Below the pieces are notes generated by a model. That model was given only the letters and a program-made list of their open reading frames with translations, did not search any database and was not told the DNA's origin. A DNA stretch of 64,000 nt, from positions 4,402,001 through 4,466,000 of the forward strand of contig CM075988.1 in the NCBI GenBank assembly GCA_038087875.1, written 5' to 3'. Made by a program: the position numbers and the translations under genes. Below, one piece after another: positions 13,294-25,168 of the stretch. The stretch comes from Malacoraja senta. Taxonomy: Eukaryota. Numbering within the stretch: position 1 is the stretch's first letter; each line of letters opens with the position of its first letter.

Positions 13294-13436
13294 CAGTGTT
13301 GCAACTGTCTTGGAAAATCCTATTGGGAGAGTAGTTAGTTCAGGAACAACGGTCATCATTTCCATAGCTGGGATGTTTTCTGGTCCCATATTCTTTGCCT
13401 CATCCCGTGCACTGAGCTGTTGCTTGGCATCAATTA
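13294..13436 (-). other. Candidate 143-nt coding exon of an unidentified gene
   Basis: tttaattcacag acceptor, CTG/gtgtgt donor; open frame IDAKQQLSARDEAKNMGPENIPAMEMMTVVPELTTLPIGFSKTVATL. Confidence 0.35.
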
Positions 13437-13659
13437 CTGTGAATTAAATGGGCTGACAATATGCTTTTGTGATGACGGGATCTCAGGATGAAGCCAGGAT
13501 AGTTCATGTTCATAAGTGATAGAAGCAGAATTAGGCCATTCGGCCCATCAAGTCTACTCCACCATTCAATCATGGCTGATTTATCTTTCCCTCCTAACCC
13601 CATTCTCCTGCCTTCTCCCTAGAACCCCCGACACTGGTACTAATCAAGAATCTATCTAC

Positions 13660-14055
13660 TTCTCCGTGGATTGTCACCTTGTCGTGGTGGAGAAGCTTGT
13701 GTGGACCTGAGATCCTGAGAGCGAAGCCGTCTGGAGCTATGCTCCTGGTAGGGCCACCCATGGCAGTAAGGTCGAGGGGTAGGCCTCTGACACAGAGCAA
13801 TCCAACCAAGACCTCAATGGTGGAACAGGCGGAGGACGATGGCTGACCCTAGTGGAGCGTCACAACGGCTGGGAAGGCGGATGAAGGCTGCAGCAGAAAA
13901 GGGTCTCCGGTCGTCTTGGACTCCATGCCACTGGATCCTGACCCAGATCTGTCAAGGACCATGGGGTGGCTGTCTGTGCACCAGTCTCCCCACGTTAAAC
14001 AAAGTCATGCATTGGCGTCCTCCATATAGGGAATAGCACCCTGGAGACACCCATG
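13660..14055 (+). mobile_element. RTE-clade-derived short element (RTE/BovB-like 5' UTR)
   Basis: Starts cacct(tgtcgtgg)tg..gcttg..gagctatgc..agggccaccca..tctgaca, which resembles RTE 5' UTRs as I recall them; not verified by search. Confidence 0.55.
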
Positions 14056-14079
14056 GTCAGCCATGACTGAAGGGGGTTT

Positions 14080-14600
14080 AAGAAGATCTACCTTTGCCAT
14101 GGTAATATCCTTTGAATTGGCCTATAAAGCCATTCAAAGCTTCTGGATGAACCTGTTCGCCAAGGCTTCAGCCTTATCTACTACAGTCAAATGTTGGGCT
14201 TCTTCATCACTGAGACTTTTAGACTCCTCTGTCTGTTTAATCGTCCACTTCCAATCGCAACTAAATGTGGTGGTACACCAGACCATCTAACTGTTGTGTT
14301 GGTCGTGAGATCACTGAGCTCAGTTTCTTGCACTATTTGTGTCGCTAGCAGTTTTTTATTCCGGCACTTTATTTTTGGGTATGCATGCCATTGCTCCCAG
14401 TTTGGCCTTCTGAGCTCCAAGAGTGAATCCCTTGGCTTGATGGCAATGCTAGAGGAGGGATGTATAAAAGCATGAGCTTACAGATCACAGTGGGATACAT
14501 ATCTGCTGCTGATGATAGTCAACGGATCCTCGTAGATGCCCACTTAGTGTTGTCAGAAATGCCAATGCCATTTATGATTATAGAGGCACATAACACATGG
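14080..14600 (-). mobile_element. Old degenerate LINE remnant (CR1/L2 group)
   Basis: Minus strand KWTIKQ...VVDKAEALANRFIQK resembles the EN-RT linker motif. Confidence 0.4.
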
Positions 14601-15356
14601 AGTGTGTCAAGTCAAGAGTTAAGAGTGATTTATTGTCATGTCCCAGATAGAACCATGACATTCTTACTAGCTGCAGCGCAACATAACATGTAAACATAGT
14701 ACACTGTAAGCAATATCATTAATTACAAGTTCAGTATGTGTGTGTGTATATGTATGTATGTCTATATATGTATGTATATATACATATATAGACATACATA
14801 CATACATACATACACACATACATACACATAAAACAAACAATAATAGTGCAAAAAGGCAAGACCAATGCCCCCATCTATGCAGTTCATTAGTAACAGTGTG
14901 AACGGTTATGGGGAGATTATGATCTCAGTGTGGATCTGATGCTTTATCTCCACAAGGACTGTGCAGTCATTACTTCTACCAATATTTTCATGGATAGATG
15001 TATCCGCCAAAGGTATGTTGGTATGAAAGAAGCCAATGAGTAAGTTTATCCCTCATCTTCATTCATTCACTAATCGTCATTGAATTGATCTGGAACATAT
15101 GTCCTTCAGGACTCAGCCAACATCATTGGCGCTGGTGTTACCAGGATGTTATTTTCAGTGCTTCCTCCATATGTTGCTCATCTTGGGAGAGAATTGATTC
15201 ATCAGTAGGAGAGGTGGTTATCAGGAAGAGGTTTGATTTAAAAGCATGAGACTTCACATAGTGTGGAGTTAATGTTGAAGACTGTGAGGTTAGGTTACTT
15301 CCCCCCTGTATTGCATGGCATTTGCTGCTGTGGTGAGTCTGCCCTGCCTGGAGGAG

Positions 15357-15391
<35 letters not shown>

Positions 15392-15476
15392 GAATGTTTC
15401 ATCAACAATACAATTGAATGAATTGCTCAAGACTGGCACAAAAATGCAGGAGTAACTGAGTGGGACAGGCAGCATC

Positions 15477-17066
15477 CCTCACCCCCTCATCTTCACCATG
15501 GACGTCCAGTCACTGTACACCTCCATCCCCCACCAGGATGGTCTCAAAGCCCTCCGTTTTTTCCTCGACCGTAGAAGCAATCTATACCCGGCCACTGACA
15601 CCCTCCTCCGCCTAGCGGAGCTGGTACTTACACTTAATAACTTTTCATTTGACTCCTCCCATTTCCTCCAAATACAAGGCGTAGCTATGGGCACACGCAT
15701 GGGCCCCAGCTACGCCTGCCTCTTTGTCGGGTACGTAGAACAATCCTTGTTCAATGCGTACCAGGGCCCCATCCCCGACCTCTACCTCCGCTACATCGAT
15801 GATTGTTTTGATGCCACATCCTGCACCCACACACAACTGACTGACTTCATCCGCTTCACCACCAACTTCCATCCGGCACTTAAATACACCTGGACCATTT
15901 CCGACACTTCCCTACCATTCCTTGACCTCACTATCTCCATCGCAGGTGATAGACTCCTTACCGACATCCACTACAAACCTACCGACTCCCATGGCTATCT
16001 GGACTACACTTCTTCCCACCCTGCTTCCTGTAAGGACTCCATCCCCCACTCCCAATTCCTCCGTCTACGCCGCATCTGCTCCCAGGATGAGGCGTTCCAC
16101 ACCAGGGCATCTGAAATGTCCTCATTCTTCAGGGAACGGGGGTTCCCCTCCTCCACCATAGATGAGGCTCGCACCAGGGTCTCTGCCATACCCCGCAACA
16201 CTGCTCTCTCTCCCCATCCCCCCACTCACAACAAAGGCAGAGTCCCCCTAGTCCTCACCTTTCACCCCACCAGCTGTCACATACAACAAGTGATCCTCCG
16301 TCAGTTTCGCCACCTCCAACGTGACCCCACCACTCGCCACATCTTCCCATCTCCCCCTATGTCTGCCTTCCGCAAAGACCGCTCCCTCCGTAACTCCCTT
16401 GTCAATTCTTCCCTTCCCTCCCATACCACCCCCTCCCCTGGTACTTTCCCTTGCAACCGCAAGAGATGCAACACTTGTCCCTTCACTTCCCCCCTCCACT
16501 CCATTCAAGGACCCAAGCAGTCGTTCCAGGTGCGACAGAGGTTCACCTGCATCTCCTCCAACCTCATCTATTGCATTCGCTGCTCTAGATGCCAGCTGAT
16601 CTACATCGGTGAGACCAAGCGGAGGCTTGGCGATCGTTTCGCCGAACACCTCCGGTCGGTCCGCAATAACCAACCTGAACTCCCGGTGGCTCAGCACTTC
16701 AACTCCCCCTCCCATTCCGTATCTGACCTCTCTGTCCTGGGTCTCCTCCATGGCCACAGCGAGCAACACCGTAAATTGGAGGAAATGCACCTCATATTCC
16801 GCTTGGGCAGTCTACATCCTGGTGGCCTGAACGTTGAATTCTCCCAATTCTGCTAGCCCTGGCTGTCCCCTCCCCTTCATCAGCCATCTGGTTGTCTCCT
16901 CCCCTCCCCCAGCCCTCGGGCTCCTCCTCCGCCTTTTCCTTTTTTCCTCTCTTCTCCCCACCCCCTATCAGTCTGAAGAAAGGTTTCGGCCCTAAACGTT
17001 ACCCATTTCCTTCGCTCCATAGATGCTGCTGCACCCGCTGAGTTTCTCCAGCATTTTTGTGTACCT
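15477..17066 (+). mobile_element. Penelope-like retroelement, 5'-truncated, with 3' pLTR
   Basis: RT+GIY-YIG ORF followed by C/T-rich UTR and hammerhead-like pLTR; 6-bp TSD agcatc at 15471-15476 and 17067-17072. Confidence 0.93.
15498..16856 (+). CDS. Penelope RT plus GIY-YIG endonuclease (N-terminally truncated), 452 aa
   Basis: MDVQSLYTSIP, QIQGVAMG, RYIDD, FLD, YKPT; CNRKRCNTC; NLIYCIRCSRCQLIYIGETKRRLGDRFAEH; terminal GLN. Confidence 0.93.
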   Translation: MDVQSLYTSIPHQDGLKALRFFLDRRSNLYPATDTLLRLAELVLTLNNFSFDSSHFLQIQGVAMGTRMGPSYACLFVGYVEQSLFNAYQGPIPDLYLRYIDDCFDATSCTHTQLTDFIRFTTNFHPALKYTWTISDTSLPFLDLTISIAGDRLLTDIHYKPTDSHGYLDYTSSHPASCKDSIPHSQFLRLRRICSQDEAFHTRASEMSSFFRERGFPSSTIDEARTRVSAIPRNTALSPHPPTHNKGRVPLVLTFHPTSCHIQQVILRQFRHLQRDPTTRHIFPSPPMSAFRKDRSLRNSLVNSSLPSHTTPSPGTFPCNRKRCNTCPFTSPLHSIQGPKQSFQVRQRFTCISSNLIYCIRCSRCQLIYIGETKRRLGDRFAEHLRSVRNNQPELPVAQHFNSPSHSVSDLSVLGLLHGHSEQHRKLEEMHLIFRLGSLHPGGLNVEFSQFC

Positions 17067-18154
17067 AGCATCTTTGGAGAGATGGACTAGGTGACGTTTC
17101 GGGTCGAGAACCTTCTGCGGACTGACTGGGCAATGACTTGCTCGGCCATTTCAGAAGGCATTTAAGGAACAATCACATTGATGGTGTCTAGAGTCACTGT
17201 ATGAGTTAGGTTGACAGATTTTCTGCCTGAACAACATTAGTGTGCCAAATGGGTTTTTATAAAGACGTTTTTTTTGTGGTCAGCATTGCTCAGATTCATT
17301 GTTTCTATCAAATTCTAGGTTATTCATTAAATTTAAATTCCCCCGCTGCCTGTTGCAAATCATTGATTTATTGTGGTGTGGGTCTGGTCCAATCAATATA
17401 TTCAAGAAAAATAGCTTTATTGTGCAATTTAAAAAAAACACAAAAAAAATCAGTTTATGATCACATCCTAGGGCTCTTCCTAGCAACAGCAAATGTAAGA
17501 GCCCTCGACACCACTCAGCCACCAGTGGAGTTTGAAGGCAAAGTCTTCTCAATCAGTCCAGCAAATAAACAATTGTCGAGGGAAAACAAACAGTTCTCTC
17601 ACGTCCCTTCTGCTCTTTCAACTCCCTGGTGAAACCTAATGAAAATGCATCTGCTCTGTTTGTGGTCTTTGGCACCACTCACAACTCCGGTTCAAAGAGG
17701 TTCTCTCCATCTACAGCACAATCTCCATCTTTTACACACACACACGTCGAACAATCTCCTTCAGAGACTTTAGAGATGCAGAGCGGAAGCAGGCCCTTTG
17801 GCCCAACAAGTCCGTGCTGACCAGCGATCACCCCGTACACAAGCAATATCCTACACACTAGGGACAATTTACAAATTTTACCAAAGCCAATTAACCTACA
17901 AAACCCTGTATGTATTTGGAGTGTGGGAGGAAACTGACACTAATTTCCTGTTACATGACAAATCACTATAACAACCAGTTTAGTGCATTCATGACGCATT
18001 ATCGCACAAGAGTTCTTTCCAAAATTCGCCGCATATGTCCCCAAGTTTGAATACACTAAATGAAATGTATAATATTGCATTTCTAACAGATTACGTTCTT
18101 TCAAATCAGACTAAATTGCCACGGTAGGATGTGAACTGAAACCTCAAAATTGTT

Positions 18155-18475
18155 CGTTTAGTTTAGTTTTGCTTAGTTTAGAGATACAGTGTGGAAACCG
18201 GCCCTTCGGCCCATTGAGTCCGAGCCAACCAGCTATCCCCATACACTAACACTATCCTACACACACCAGGAACTATTTACAATTTTTACCAAACCAATTA
18301 ACCTAAAAACCAATACATCTTTGGAGTGTGTGAGGAAACGGGAGCATCCAGGAAAAACCCCACACATTCATGGGGAGAAGGTACAAACGCCGACAGAGAG
18401 CACCCGTTGTCAGGTTTGAACCCGGGTCTCTGGTGCTGTAAGGCAGCAACTCTACCGCTGCACCACCATGCCACC
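18155..18475 (-). mobile_element. V-SINE (HE1-like)
   Basis: A/B boxes and (aaact)n tail. Confidence 0.8.
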
Positions 18476-18754
18476 ATTGTTAATCCATCCATGTAAATGA
18501 CTAGAATGGTAATTTAACCAGCGCTACATCTACATTCTCTGGATCCCCAGTTGCAGCAAGGGTCAAACAACATGGTTGGGAAATGTACAGCAAACCAGTG
18601 GTGGAGTGAAAGACAAAGATGGATTCACAGAGACATAAACAAGATTGTAGATGTTGGAATCTGGAGCAAGAAACAAACTGGTAGAGGAACTCAATGGGTC
18701 AGGCAGCATCCATGCAAGATAATGGCATACAAAGTTTTGGATCAGGACCCTTCT

Positions 18755-19545
18755 GTAGTGTGGCGGCGCCTAATGGCAGCGGCTCGACTGCAGTCCGTCT
18801 GTCTTTATTTTATTTTTGTTCCGTTAGATGTATGTTATTGGTTTTAATTGTTATTATTTTTTAGCTGTGTATATGTGGGGGGTGGGGGGAAACCATTTAA
18901 TCTCTTCCCTGTATGTCGTTGGGCCTAACGTCGTGGAGCCGGCGGCGGCCTCCAACCGGAACCAACCTGAGGGCTCCAGTCGCAGAGCCTGCAGACTCGC
19001 CATCGCGGAGCTGGCCGACTTCGGAGCGGGGAGAGCTGTGGTGGCGCGTGGCTGCGACCCGACTTCAGAGCTTCAGAGGCTCCGTCCGCAGGCCCGGTGG
19101 ACAGGAACATCAGGAGCTCGCATGTCCCTGGTGGGAGACCGCTTTTCGGAGCTCCTGCAACGGCAACTTCTCCCGCCGGAATCGCAGGGTTTAAATGACT
19201 CGGAGCGGGGCCTAACATCGCCCGGCGTGGCTTAAACGGCCGGAGGACCTACCATCGCCCACCGAGGGCTTTAACATCATGAGCCCCAGTCGCCTTGACT
19301 CTGCAGTTGGACTGCTGGACCGTGGGAGAAGAACAAAGGGAAGAGATAAGACTTTTGCCTTCCATCACAGTGAGGAGGTGTTGGAGATTCACGGTGATGG
19401 ATGTTTGTGTAAATTGTGTTAAGTGCGTGTCCTGGTTGTTGTTTTTTTGTAATGTCATGACTTCAGGAATGAAATTTCGTTCAAACCTTGTCTGTTTGAG
19501 TGACAATAAAAGGCATTCTATTCTATTATATTCCATTCTATTTTT
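18755..19545 (+). mobile_element. Non-coding, GC-rich non-autonomous retroposon with Rex1-like tail
   Basis: Related to 9305-10152; ends tgacaataaa plus (ttcta)n. Confidence 0.55.
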
Positions 19546-22500
19546 CACAGACGGCTATGGAGGCCAAATCATTGGGTATTTTTAAAGCAGAGATTGACAG
19601 ATTCTTGATTACGATGGGCATCAAAGGTTATGGGGAGAAGGCAGGAGAATGGTTTTGAGAGTGAAAGATAGTAAGATTAAATGAGAACTTACCAGTTTGA
19701 AGTTTGATCTTTATTTTATGAGGAGTTACGATGAGCAATTACGTGAAGAAGGCCGTCAGACCCCATGCACGTCAATCTTCAAAGCAGCGGTGTGAAATCA
19801 CAGATAACAGTTGTTGAACTGAACATAGTAAGATTAGGGAGGACTAGAACTACCAGATGACCTTTATGATACGAGGGTTGGGAGCGGAGGGCACGTAATC
19901 GCTCATCGTAACTCCTCATAAAATAAAGATCAAACTTCAAACTGGTAAGTTCTTGTTTAATCTTACTATTTTAGTTTGGAGTCACGTGAATGACTACGTG
20001 AAGATTTCAAAGCTCTGTGATTTCATGCCGTGGAAACGAGTCCACACAAGCACAACTGCATCAGTTGACCACAGATAAGGGAAACATTCATAATGCATAC
20101 AGACATGACATAGATTTAAAACATGCTGATGCTTTTTAATGAACAACTAATAATAATAGTAACCCCTCTCATCCGGGAGGAAACTATAAAATAGAACCTA
20201 AAATAGAGTTGGCAAATACCCCTGGTCTGGCAATGGGTTATTATAAAATGTTTAGAAAACTCGTTCGTTAGACCATCCTGCAGTCGCTAGGATGTGGTCC
20301 AGCGGACCGTACATGACCCTTGCTGCTGATGTTGTAGCAGCCCTGGTGGAGTGAGATTAGAAAAATATTAGTATCTACTCCTGCATAAGCCCCGTTTTAA
20401 CCACGGTTCAGATGGTCTGAACTGATACCTTCTTATGAGGTTTTTTGTAACTAACAAACATTGCTAGTATCAGAGCCTCTAAGGCTCTAGGTGACCTTGA
20501 CGTATTGTTGTAAATGTGTGACCACACATAACCGAAGGTCCATGGGGTATGCCATGAGAACTAGTTTGAGACCTGACGCCGCTGGGCTGCTCTGCTTAAC
20601 TAAATCATAAATATTTATATTATTTGCAGGTGTAACCATCCTGTCCAGTCGCAATTTATGTAATGACTGGACCCGTTACGCTGAAAGCAGCGCCGTGAGG
20701 ATAACTACCTATGAGCGCCGGGCCAAAGATAAGGATGTAGCTGGAGCCCCCTGGTGAAGTAGTGTTAACACAATGTCAATATCCCATACTTCCGTGTACT
20801 TGGGTCTGGGAGAACTTGTGTTAAAGATATCCTTTAAAAACTGGATATCAGAGGGTGAGACCCGAGAGAGCGGGTCCCGCTCGCTGCAGCAAATATGATG
20901 AGAAGGCACGTTGGGCACAGTTAATGGCACTATAACTTATTTAATTGTCAAGGACCCATTTGAAAATGAACCCCAGGACATCAGTATCCGTGCCGTATTA
21001 TATGTAACATAGCATTTAAACAAAACGCTTCCCATCTCCTGAAGTGGAAATGTACTGCTTTTTTGGTGCTATCCCTGCACTCTTCTGTGAGCACATACAT
21101 GGATCGGTCAGACAACCCGAGCCGCAGGAGCAGTCTTCTCAGATTCTGCAAGTCAATGAATTGATTTTATCATGCAGAGGCTAGTTTCCCGAGTCACAGG
21201 CTGAACCAGCAAAGTTTTATGTTTAGAATACCCATATAAGGTTCTATTATTATTCACAACATAAGCGGGAACCATGGCTGCATAGGCCAGTCAGACAGTA
21301 CGAAAACCCTGAAGCGGGATCTTGCTGAATTTATTGCAAGACCCGATTGATGATGCAAAATGGAGAAAAGACATAAAAGAACATTCCTCCCCCGTGTAGT
21401 GAGAATGTATCACTCGCCACTGTGATGCCACATGATTTTTGCTAACGGTGAATGAGCCTGGATGTAAACATCGATATTCGGTGTTCCATCGAGCCATAAT
21501 GTCATAAAATACTTTGTGATCCAACATCCATTCTGTGTTGTCATTGATTTTACGTGATGATACACCAGCGCCAAATGAGGTTAGGTAAATTATGACAGGA
21601 TACTTTGCCTTGATTGCACCCATGTGACTAACATATACCACCACCACAGTGTATCAACTTGGAATTGAGCATGCAGATTATGCATATTCGCACAATAACC
21701 CTTTAACCGATAGAATGCACCTAGTGTCTATAGGTAGTTGATATCAATAACTGAAGAATTGATAACTCATGCAAATCCCATCCGCCTCCGTAACTAGAGA
21801 TGGCATTCGTAATTTTCCATCTTTGAGCACTAGCATCAGTTTGTAATATAACTGAAGGTTTACTGACCATAAACTACTGGAGCAATACTGAATAGTGTTC
21901 GTCCACCATTGTGACTTTGGTAGCTTCAGCTGGTAATAGCATAGGTCTGTTAACAATTACCTACATGGCACATGAGAGGTTACTACTTTGCACATTGTAA
22001 ATTCTGATAATGCAAAGGCCCAATTTGCACAGCTGAAACACAGTTACCAGATTGCCAATTACTCTTGATGAATAGAAGGTTGCTACATAACAACAGGCTT
22101 CTATTAATTCCAATCTCTTGCCCCAGGGCGGAGTCACAGACAATTAATAGTTAAAGGTAAATCCAAATAATCAATAACTCTAGTTGGTATCAACTTAAAT
22201 TTAACTGGATGGGTGAGGAACCTCAATTTCTCAAATATAATTTGCGGCTGAAACAGTTGATTTTAGCAAAATACAGTGTTTAGAATATCATCCAGGTAAG
22301 CCATAACAATTGTTTTTGAGCTCTGAGCAGTCCAAGCACCGGTTTAGTAATTTGGTAAATGACCTGGGAGCTGAAGTTAGCCCATTTTGCAACACATTAA
22401 CTGTTATCATCACCCCATCCAGATCAATTTCAAATGTCTCCAGTGATCCCTGTGAATGGGACCTGAATAGTATGCTTCTTTGAGATCGATGCATGCCATA

Positions 22501-22637
22501 AAGATCCTATGGAATTCACTTTAGACAGTAATGAAGTTCCATATTCTGAAAAGTCTATGTTGCACATGCTAGTTAAATCAAGGATGAACCAACATCCTCC
22601 ATCTTTCACAATGAACAGGCCACACCTGCCGTAATCC

Positions 22638-22961
22638 CGTGCCTGCCTCGAACGACAACTCTGGCCAGATTCCCGAGCCTGTCTCGAAAGGTAATCCTGG
22701 CCATAATACTGAGCCTGCCTCGAAAGACAACTCTGGCCATAATTCTGAGCCTGCCTCGAAAGACAACTCTGGCCTTATTTCTGAGCCTGTCTTGAAAGGC
22801 AATCCTGGCCATAATACTGGGCCTGCCTTGAAAGACAACTCTGGCCATAATTCTGAGCCTGCCTCGAAAGACAACTCTTGCCATATTTCCGAGCTTGTCT
22901 CGGAAGGCAATCCTGGCCGTAATACTGGGCCTACCTCGAAAGACAACTCTGGCCCCAATTC
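22638..22961. repeat. 36-bp minisatellite, 9 units, with a 108-bp higher-order pattern
   Basis: Units gagcctgcctcgaaagacaactctggccataattct (A) and gagcctgtctcgaaaggtaatcctggccataatact (B) in the order A B A A B A A B A. Confidence 0.9.
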
Positions 22962-23946
22962 CAAGCCATGCTTGGAACCCTTGTATACTGTGCAGAATAA
23001 ACCAATCACATGTTATCATTGTCATTTGTACAAAAAACAAGTGTAAATATTACCAACTTGTAAATGGTCCACATACCCCATGTTTCGGAAGAACCAGACC
23101 CACCTACCTCCATGGTTACCGATGGTCTTATGGTAAGCCCAAAGGCCCCTGATGCTGGTTCTATTTCCGTCCTTGATTGGAGAGTAGGACTGGTAGGGTG
23201 CGTGGGTTCCATATTTTTCCTGAGACCGGCTTGGACCTTGGCCTGAAAGACCTCTGCCCAGCTTTCAAGCTGCCACCAGCTTCAGTGAACTGCTTACTGC
23301 CGATGAAGGCATGGGGTGTGTCGTCGCTGAAACAATGAAGCTTTGCTCGTCGTCGGTACCTTGATTAGTCCGACAGCTTTTGCTTCCTCATCCAGGTATT
23401 ACCTGTTGGATAAGTCTTACCTGAAGAGAAGATTCGGCGGCTGGTTTAATTTCCTGGATTTCATGCCCCCTCCAATGTCACCCCTGATAGCGCTGTTCAC
23501 TGCCGGCACTTGTAGCGTGAGGGGAACTCTGGCCCCTTCCGGGTTTTCTGCCAACGGCTGGAACCAACTCTTCCAGCATTAACCCCTTCGTTTGCGAGTA
23601 TTTCCTTGAAGCCATATGCATGTGCTCCAGTATGTTCCACGGACATACTTTCGAATTTAAAGTCAGTTACACACTGACCACTCGCACTCCCCTCCACAGA
23701 GAGGGAGATTCGTAGGCGGCCCTGAAAACAGGTGCTGCCGCAGGCCCCCGAGGATACCTGCGCTGATATGGCCCCTCCTACGGACCTATATCAGGAGCAT
23801 CATATTTGTGGGATAAAACGCCCGTGAGCGCTATCCATGCTCCATCTGGGTTAAACGTCCGAGGACGTACCCAGGTATGTTGGAAGAGAAGCCTCCTGGC
23901 CTGACTCATCTGAGTCCATAGGCCTGACTGACTTATTCCTGGATTT

Positions 23947-24275
23947 AATAATAATCATAATAATGGATGGGATTTAATACTCAAGGCGCTTTACATCGCA
24001 TTATTCATTCACTCCTCAGTCACACTCAGTGGTGGTGAGCTACTTCTGTAGGCACAGCTGCTCTGGGGCAGACTGACGGAAGCGTGGCTGCTAATCTGCG
24101 CCTACGGCCCCTCCGACCACCACCAATCACTCACACACATTCACACACATTCACACGCAGGTGGGTGAAGTGTCTTGCCCAAGGACACAACGACAGTATG
24201 CACTCCAAGCGGGATTCGAACCGGCTACCTTCCGGTTGCCAGCCGAACACTTAGCCCATTGCGCCATCTGTCGTC
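23947..24275 (-). mobile_element. tRNA-derived CORE-like SINE with L2-type tail, inserted in DIRS copy 1
   Basis: Minus strand gatggcgcaatgg (A box), ggttcgaatcc (B box), ccttgggcaagacacttcaccc, aagcgccttgag, (tta)n tail. Confidence 0.7.
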
Positions 24276-25168
24276 CCCCTTTTTACCCCCTTCCTGGGGA
24301 ACCATAGCGGTCTGGGAGCCGCTGACCGCACTGTCATCAACTCGGGTGGCGAGACCGACTTACTATTGGCTTTACCCTCCTTTCTGAGGAACCACAGCGG
24401 TCTGGGAGCCACTGACCCCATTGTCAGCGACTTAGGTAGCGAACCCGACGGAAGCCGGCTGCACGCGCTTCCGCGGGCCGGACCGGGATCTCCCCACGGT
24501 CCATAACCGGTTTCCCCGTGGCCCGTCCGGACTTCGCCCCGAAATTGAATCCAGCAGGCAAACTCTGTAACAGAGCTTCCTGCAAGACAAAAAACAGAAC
24601 CTGGAAATAAGTTTTAAAACTTACCTGCAGGTTTAAACTTACCGCTGGAAGGAGCGTCGCGCCTGCCAGTCAGTTGTTGCGCAATGCGTTAGACGTAAAT
24701 GACGCGCATGCGGGCTGACGGCCTTCTTCACGTAGTCACTCACGTGACTCCGAAGTAAAATAGATCAGCCATCATTGAATGGTGGAGTATACTTGATGGG
24801 CCAAATGGCCTAATTCTGCTCCAATCACATGAACATGAACTTCAGGTCGATGAAGAAATAGACACTCCGATTTTCATCCTGGCACGGATGAGGAGTTAGA
24901 GTTTTTCAATTAACTAATTGGACCAAGGTAGTCAAGAATCAAGATTGTTTTATTGTCATATAACCCGAAATGAAACAATTAAATTCTTGCTTGCAGTAGC
25001 ATTACAGCAGACTCAGTAAACACAGTAACTCAATAGATAAAACAACACACAAACAAGCCATCAAAGCCAACAGTGCAGTCAAGCTGAAAGAGGTTTCAGT
25101 CAAAGATAGACAAAAATGCTGCAGAAACTCAGCGGGTGAGGCAGGATCTATGGAGCGAAGGACTAGGT

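Larger units (their letters stand above)
19668..24763 (-). mobile_element. DIRS-type tyrosine-recombinase retrotransposon copy 1 (degenerate ORFs, intact ends)
   Basis: 5' ITR ttttacttcggagtcacgtgagtgactacgtgaag at about 24760; ICR and right ITR at 19668-20005; remnants of RT (GLTSAPRSFTKL), RNase H, methyltransferase and YR (PRPKYTEVWD, HSTRA); inserted in a CR1 3' UTR. Confidence 0.9.

Noticed and set aside
15645..16790. Antisense ORFs over Penelope
   Set aside because: Explained by the C-rich codon bias of the sense ORF
16973..17000. Functional hammerhead at this copy
   Set aside because: Core GAAA is mutated to TAAA; likely inactive
17602..17711. Two adjacent minus-strand micro-exons both used
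   Set aside because: The intervening intron would be only 47-57 nt, too short for a typical vertebrate intron; at most one is plausible
22638..22961. 36-bp repeats as a CRISPR array
   Set aside because: Units are contiguous with no unique spacers, there are no cas genes, and the context is a eukaryotic DIRS element
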